Source of the DNA: Chromera velia
Lineage: Eukaryota
Assembly (NCBI GenBank): GCA_018398765.1
Contig: JAHBMJ010000128.1
Span: forward strand, 1-55,753
Length of the DNA: 55,753 nt
Direction: 5' to 3'
Both the position numbers and the translations under genes were made by a program. A model generated the notes under the pieces. The model was not told the DNA's origin and ran no database searches. It worked only from the letters and a program-made list of their open reading frames with translations. This document shows positions 49,001 through 55,753 of the stretch, in pieces (the first letter of the stretch is position 1; each line of letters opens with the position of its first letter).

Positions 49001-49954
49001 CCGTGTGTGACGACGATCACTGCAGAAGGAGCAGCGTGCCTTTTTTATGATAACATTGTCTGCTCCTACAGTCTCCCGTTGGAGATTGTGTCAGATCGAG
49101 ACCCAAGGTGGATGGCGGAGTTCTGGAGAGGACTGCACAAACTGGCAGGGACCCGCCTGATGATGTCATCATCTAGGCATCCTCAGACAGATGGGCAGAG
49201 CGAGATTTACAACCGAACGCTGGAGACAATGTTGCGATGTTTTTGTGGAGATCATCAATCCGAATGGCCCAAGCTTCTGCCATTGCTTGAGTTTGCGTGC
49301 ATCTCAAGTACGCACTCGGGTTTGAAGGCAACACCGCATGCAGTTCTTTACAGCTTTGAGGCAAGGACTTTCCCGTCTCTACTGGTTGCAGGACATACAG
49401 CGACGGCAGCGGAAGACTTTTATCTGTGCCGTCAGGCCCTCCTTGAAGAGGTGAAGGAACGACTTGTGAGAGCGAACGAAGAGGTAAAGAAGAAGGCCGA
49501 CCAGAAGAGAAGGGAAACGACTTTCATTCCGGGAGACTGGGCGCTAGTGCACCAAAAATTTTTTTAGAGTGAGCGTCTTTCTTCCGAACGGAAAGCCAAG
49601 CTGAGTCACATTTGGTATGGGCCATTCGAGATTGATAAGAAGGTGGGGGAGGTGAGTTATGAACTCATGTTCCCCGCTGGAGTCAGGAAGTATCCAGTTG
49701 TCCACGTCTCTTACATGAAGGCGTACCCTGTCTCCCCCGAAGACCCTCCACCCCGTGTTCTCTTGCCAAGATTCGAGGAGGCGGAGTGGGAGGTCGATAG
49801 GGTCGTTGATATGTGAGGGAAAGGGAGGATGCTGGAGTATCATGTGGTTTGGAAGGGATACTCGGAGACTGAAGCAACTTGGGAGCCGCCTGAGAACCTC
49901 AAGAACGCAAAGGACGCGATCAAGGCCTTCAGGGAGCTCCGTAGACTTCGATAA
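46049..49954 (+). pseudogene. pol: Gypsy pol pseudogene: protease, RT, RNase H, integrase, chromodomain
   Basis: One frame with 8 internal stops. Motifs: LFDPGA (PR); RMVIDYRPLN, KLDL, MPFG, FIND (RT); EKELLA, WTDHESL (RH); GH..C..C, SMDF, SDRDPR, HPQTDGQSE, GPF (IN); EWEVDRVVD..YHVVWKGY..EATWEPPENL (chromodomain). Confidence 0.93.
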
Positions 49955-49984
49955 CAAAGAAGGAGATGAGGAAAGAAACAAGGA

Positions 49985-51238
49985 TGTTATGGGAACATTC
50001 ATGTTTGTCTCTTTCTCTTTGTGTTGCTCTTGTCATCTGCTTTGCTCTCGTCAATCCATCCTTCCTCACCCTTTTCCTTGACTTTCTTGCGCCTTGCTGC
50101 TTAGAAAAAGAAAGAAAAAAAGAAAGAAAGAAAGGAAAGAAAGAAAGAAGGAAAGAAAGAAAAGAAGGAAAGAGTGAATGAAAGAATGAATGAATAAATG
50201 AAAAAAAGAGAATGAAGGGAAGAAGAAGAAGAAATGAAAGGCTTAGCGAACGAAAAGTGGAACAAGAAGGAATGAAAACAAAGGAAAGGTGGAAAAAGAA
50301 AGAAGGAAAACGAAATACAACCAACAGCTTGAGAAGTTGCTAACGCACTTCTTCCGTGAGGAAAGAGAGGTGTACACTGATTGATGTACTGACACACTGA
50401 TTGACGCACTGACACACTGACACTGAATAGAATGACTCGAGGACACTTCCTCTCATATTTTTCTATCTCTCTTTATTCTTCTTTTAATGCATCTCGATGC
50501 AGATTCAGAATCTTTTCTCAGTGTCTTGATTCTTATCTTCTCATGCACATTTGATCTCTCTGTATATTCTTGCGTACCTCCTCTCTGAGGCGAGTTGACA
50601 TGTGCATTCGCAGGATCTCTTTGTCTTTTCCGACTGCGAAAGTGTTTCTGGTGTTTTCTCCCTGATGCATACCGAACCAGAACCACTTTGTGGAAGGAGA
50701 GCTCCACTGCATAAATGCCACCTCTTGAGTGCTTGTGGTGTCGTCATTCATTGTTTGCAGAGTGAGTGGATGGATGATGAGTGAAAGTATATGACTAGCT
50801 ATGGGGCGATCTCTATATAAGCTCATATACAGGGACAGATTCATGAAGCTTCTTGTGGTGACTGATCGCTTGCACGCGCCGTCATCCCGTTCTCGTTTGT
50901 TTGAGGCAGCGATGTTCAAGATGAATGGTTGGCACTCCACGCATACGCTTGTGGCAGTGTTCGACAGCCCGTGTCGGTCGTTGCATACCGACTTCTTGTG
51001 TGATTCAAATCTGAGGCGAGGGAAAAAGGAAAGAGCATCAAGGAGAAATGAAACGATCGAAATTGAGTATGAGATCTGAGATTGTGTGTGGACACACGCC
51101 TTGGGAGGACGGGTATATGTGATATAAATGCTTGTAGCCGCGCCGCCTTTAAGCGTTGGTGTGGGCCGGTCGGTGGCGTTGAAAGAACGCATGAGCCTGC
51201 CTCGCGGGACCAAGCGGAAGCGCGCGCGCCCATAACCA
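49985..51238 (+). repeat. Putative 3' LTR (~1.25 kb)
   Basis: Begins TGTTATGGG immediately after the polypurine tract; ends CCCATAACCA (51229-51238), a near-perfect terminal inverted repeat. No second LTR available for confirmation. Confidence 0.7.
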
Positions 51239-51320
51239 CTCCAATCGATATAGCTTCAGGATGGCTTGTGTTCATGGCATTCAGATTGACTATCAGGAGA
51301 ACCGGACTTTGAAGTAGGAC

Positions 51321-54300
51321 TAGTGCTAGGAAAAGGTTCAAGGTTCAAGGTTTAAGGTTCACTTCGAAGTAATGAACCTGAATCAGGTTCAAAAACAGGT
51401 TCAAAAACAGGTTTACTTTTAATTAATAGAGACCTCATTTTTTCGTGTAATTTTATGCCTTTAAATTAGGCTTTAGTGCATTTTTAGAACGTTTTATTAT
51501 AGAATCTGTGCCTTAGTAGTGTTTTTAAATAGTTTAAATCAATATTTACGCTCACATTAGGTGTTAGTCTCAAGTTATTCACTGTTTATAGTCGAAAATT
51601 AGTAATCAAAAAAGCCTGAAAAAATTGGAAAATGCCATAATTAAATTTATATGATCGTATTAATCATGATAATTTAGTCAATATAAGACTGTCACAGCGT
51701 TTCTTTCTTTCTTTCATCTGCTCACCGGTTGCCCCACGGCCCCCGCTCCCCCCCTCCCTCTCTGTGTACCGCCACCTCTTTGACCTGCTGCTCCCGGAAC
51801 AAGCCTTACAGACCCCTTTTGATTGATCAGTCGGGTGCTTGTCAAACCAGTTCCATATCTCTGATTTCGGCTTCGGTGCACAAGACACGACCTGAAGTGT
51901 CAGAGAGAATGGGACCGCTGGAATTTTTTTTAACAAAGAGAATGAAAAAGGGTTGTACAGTGAAAGAGGTCGGACCCATGCATGGGTAGCCCTCTTGTAG
52001 CTGGGAGTTCAAAAAAAAAGATCCGGAGACGGCAGTAGCGGAAGCAAGCAGAGGGACTGCTGCCGGTACGAGTCTGAAGCAGCCCCTCCAAAAAGACATT
52101 GTCAATTACACTGTCATGCAGACTGCTGTCAAACAAACTCTATACTTCCTCATTCCTTCAGTGGAGACTGTCCGTTTTGATGCGGGGCCTTGCAAGTGGA
52201 AAACTTGGTAAGTCACGTGTACTTCTTCACTTCTACAACCGTCAGTATGAGTTTTCATGCTGACATATAATGCTGACATATGCTGACATGCGTCTGTCCA
52301 ACACAATAGATTGAACCGGCTGGGGACAGTTGCTGTGCGTGTGGCTCCGGCTCCTTATTTCACCTATATCGGCCGCGGGCGGCGCGGGCCTGGCCGGCCT
52401 TNNNNNNNNNGTGTGGGCCAATTCAGCCAGTAGCATGCTTCAGACAATCGCACCAGATCTTTTGAGAAAAAAAAGCCAGAGAGGGAGAAACAGAACGAAT
52501 AAATGGACACTCAGGCAGAAAGCGAGGGAAAGGGAAGCCTCAGAATGGTTGTCGGAATGGTTGACTTCAAGACCCATCGGCGAGCATAGGCTCACCCGTT
52601 CATGTGGCATCTATCCACGCAACTCCCGACTGAGTAATTTTTAGATAGAAAACCGATCGCACCAGCGTCTGGCCATATTGCTTTTAGGGGGAAAGGTTAG
52701 AAGGGGGTGGGGTTACACAGTTCAATTGTGTACTCTGCCTCGCTCTCTCTTGTCTGGTGGTTCTCTTTTCACTTCTCTCCTTCGAGCATGTGCTGGTGGG
52801 GGAAAAAGACACGGTGGATCCTGCGAAGAACATTGTATTCACTGTCCTGCAGTCAAAGGTAAAAAGGTGATCGACGATGCGGTGCATCGATTGTCTGTAT
52901 GCGTGCGAACAGAGCAGCTTAGATCCAAACTTCATTCGCTGGCAGGGAGAGTGAAAGAGAGAACAGGAATCGGTGAAAGGGTCTGTCTAGCAAGATGGAC
53001 TGCTGCAGCTGGGAGAAGAGGTATCGGGGAAGAAGAGACATATGTAAGAGAGCTCGTTTCATTCATTGTGGACCGGGAGCCAAAGAAGGCAAGTGCACTG
53101 ATCGAAGCTTATCTAAAATGAGTGCACGCACGTCAAGTATACTGATCAAAGCTTGTCTGAAATGAGTGCACGCGCGTCTTGTGTGGTTATTCAGCCTTTA
53201 GCTTCAGCCTAGGCTGTTCATATTCATGCAGAAGCAGGCTAAGCTGCGGCGGTTTGCTCCTTTTGTTTACAACTACATGCATGGGTTGCCATTTGTCTCT
53301 GGTTTCAGAGACTCTAGGCTTAACCACAATTAAGTAAAGTAAGTAAGTATACGTGTAGTGAGAAATTTCGGCTCCTTTACTTAAGTGCGCAACACGCCGC
53401 AACTTGTGGCAAAAAGGGCAACTTTTTTTTATTGAGTTGAATTAATTTTTTTTCTCAAACATATTTGATGTAGGGTTTGAATTGTTGATGTATGCATAAC
53501 AAAACCCTCGATCATCAATGATTCATCATTTTTTGAACTAATATTCGGCAGCGGTGGGGGTGAATCCTGGGTTATGGAAAATTCTGAATAAATTAGGAAA
53601 AAATAGAAACTTTTCTGGATATACAAAGATCGATCGATTGATTGGAGTAAGATAGAAAACTAGTACTAGGAAAAGGTTCAAGGTTCAAGGTTCACTTCGA
53701 AGTAATGAACCTGAATCAGGTTCAAAAACAGGTTCAAAAACAGGTTCACTTTTAATTAATAGAAACCTCATTTTTTCGTGTTATTTTATGCCTTTAAATT
53801 AGGATTTAGTGCATTTTTAGAACGTTTTATTATAGATTCTGTGCCTTAGTAGTGTTTTTAAATAGTTTAAATCAATATTTACGCTCACATTAGGTGTTAG
53901 TCTCAAGTTGTTCACTGTTTATAGTCAAAAATTAGTAATCAAAAAAGCCTGAAAAAATTGGAAAATGCCATAATTAAATTTATATGATCGTATTAATCAT
54001 GACAATTTAGTCAACATAAGACCGTCACAGCGTTTCTTTCTTTCTTTCATCTGCTCACCGGTTGCCCCACGGCCCCCGCTCCCCCCCTCCCTCTCTGTGT
54101 ACCACCACCTCTTTGACCTGCTGCTCCCAGAGCAAGCCTTGCAGACCCCTTTTGATTGATCAGTTGGGTGCTTGTCAAACCAGTTCTATATCTCTGATTT
54201 CGGCTTCGGTGCACAAGACACGACCTGAAGTGTCAGAGAGAATGGGACCGCTGGAATTTTTTTTAACAAAGAGAATGAAAAAGGGTTGTACAGTGAAAGA

Positions 54301-54860
54301 GGTCGGACCCATGTATAGGTAGCCCTCTTGTAGCTGGGAGTTCAAAAAAAAAGATCCGGAGACGGCAGTAGCGGAAGCAAGCAGAGGGACTGCTGCCGGT
54401 ACGATTCTGAAGCAGCCCCTCCAAAAAGACATTGTCAATTACACTGTCATGCAGACTGCTGTCAAACAAACTCTATACTTCCTCATTCCTTCAGTGGAGA
54501 CTGTCCGTTTTGATGCGGGGCCTTGCAAGTGGAAAACTTGGTAAGTCACGTGTACTTCTTCACTTCTACAACCGTCAGTATGAGTTTTCATGCTGACATA
54601 TAATGCTGACATATGCTGACATGCGTCTGTCCAACACAATAGATTGAACCGGCTGGGGACAGTTGCTGTGCGTGTGGCTCCGGCTCCTTATTTCACCTAT
54701 ATCGGCCGCAGGCGGCGCGGGCCTGGCCGGCCTTGTGCCAGTGGCCGCGCGTCTGGCCTCCAAAACAAGTTCAAAACAGGTTCAACAGGTTCAAAACAGG
54801 TTCAACAGGTTCACTTTTTCAGATTTGAACCTTTTCTCAATGAACCTTTTCCCAGCCCTA
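51321..54860 (-). mobile_element. Composite hAT-type element: two copies of a ~1.2 kb non-autonomous BED-finger element enclosing cargo
   Basis: Left TIR TAGTGCTAGGAAAAGGTTCA (51321); right TIR TGAACCTTTTCCCAGCCCTA (54841-54860); perfect 8-bp TSD AGTAGGAC at 51313-51320 and 54861-54868. 51321-52401 is repeated at 53661-~54733. Subterminal AGGTTCA repeats. BED-finger remnant SEIWNWFDKHPTDQSKGVCKAC (ORF 51664-51936). N gap at 52402-52410. Confidence 0.85.
52411..53349 (+). mobile_element. 3' fragment of a third, more divergent LINE
   Basis: ORF 52678-53121 has CIHCP..GKKVIDDAVHRLSVC...REPKKASALI, homologous to the C-terminus at 19558-20124. It has the shared 3' stem-loop architecture and a (TAAG)n-like tail at 53331-53349. 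Confidence 0.8.
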
Positions 54861-55753
54861 AGTAGGACTTCTAGGGAATGCTTCTAGGAACAGACCTTCT
54901 AATCTATTATCTGAGCCTCGTACTAGCTATGATCACGTTTTAGATATCATAATTTGATTAGTGTTAAATTTATTATAACTTTTCTGTGAAGATGCCAAGT
55001 CATCCACGATTCACAGGCCCAAACATTAACAGTAGCCGAACCAATCCGAGTCTCCCAGCTTGCCTCCTAACTCTACAACGTGCAGTATTCTTTGTTTCAA
55101 CGCGAGAAGCCCTGCCTGGCTTCCATGACCTCACTCATACACAAACCCGGCCTTAGAGCTTCTTTCCCTCTTTCCTCTGAATCTCCTCTCCAAATTTACC
55201 ACTCCACAGGCAAGTGTTTCAGTAAGTCCAAAAATAGTCTTTCACTCATTGTGGGCCAAAACGGGTACTTGCATTGGCACCCCAACCGAAGGACATGCGT
55301 GCAAGCAGTTTTTGTCATTTACGGAGTCACTTCAAAAAAGAGCATCCCAATTAAGAAAGTTTTTGCACATTTTCAACAGAAAGAGACACACAGACAGTCA
55401 GTCAAAGAAACGGACACAGATGAGTGCCCATCAAAGTGCGGACGTGGGCAAACAAACTCCTTCCTGCATACACCGTTTGCGTGCGCAGAAAAAAGCCTGT
55501 CGGCATCTGGCGAGCAATCCATAAATCGAAAAAGAGCAAAACAAGTGCATCCAAATCCATCGACCATAACAAAACTCATCAACGGAGCCTCATTCCATTG
55601 ATCAGCACGAAAATCGACATTTCCCCCCCGCCCCCCCCAATTTTCTACATGCTTCCCCGCCCCCCCTTCCTACGTTCTCCCTCTCTATCCATCTTCAGGA
55701 TCTGCTTCCCCTTACAAGAAGAAACGATCGAGCCCTTCCCTCCCCCCCCCCCT

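Larger units (their letters stand above)
45970..51238 (+). mobile_element. 5'-truncated Ty3/Gypsy LTR retrotransposon (chromovirus type)
   Basis: Domain order PR-RT-RH-IN-chromo; polypurine tract ~49956-49984; 3' LTR follows. No 5' LTR or recognisable gag in the window. Confidence 0.93.

Noticed and set aside
46049..49954. Stop-codon reassignment or programmed read-through explaining the in-frame stops in TE ORFs
   Set aside because: All three stop types occur alongside inactivating missense changes (FIND), and host genes end in ordinary stops. Mutational decay is simpler. Only the SelT TGA lies in a diagnostic motif.
51321..54733. The 1.08-kb duplication as a giant TSD of the enclosed LINE fragment
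   Set aside because: The LINE tail ends at ~53349, about 310 bp before the second copy, and the duplication starts exactly at the hAT TIR.
54900..55753. ORFs at the right edge (e.g. 55080-55601)
   Set aside because: No recognisable motifs, and the minus-strand frame I read contains stops; not supportable as a gene from this window.

Overview
Eukaryotic nuclear DNA from an intron-rich protist. The GACA/GACG, CA and GA microsatellite-filled introns and the gene content suggest a chromerid alveolate such as Chromera velia (inference only). Host genes: an ORF running off the left edge; a small Cys-rich gene; a spliced atypical P-loop protein gene followed by hypothetical exons; an intronless selenoprotein T gene split in the ORF track by its in-frame UGA (CTSU motif); and a ~16 kb multi-exon gene for a giant secreted multi-pass membrane protein (3 repeated beta-sandwich-like modules, 2 RCC1 blocks, EGF, Cys-rich, multi-TM). 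Much of the rest is mobile or repetitive DNA: a full-length decayed single-ORF APE-type LINE flanked by a ~105-bp direct repeat; two 3' LINE fragments sharing a covarying 3' stem-loop; a 5'-truncated Ty3/Gypsy chromovirus with its 3' LTR; and two hAT-type elements with perfect 8-bp TSDs, one a composite carrying cargo. The least explicable feature is a ~4.5 kb non-coding mosaic (37.4-41.95 kb): about 30 copies of a short core motif in both orientations delimit cassettes re-used in direct and inverted orientation, as if recombinationally shuffled. It is followed by a GC-rich hairpin and a ~240-bp-arm inverted repeat. All calls were made by eye; no searches were run.
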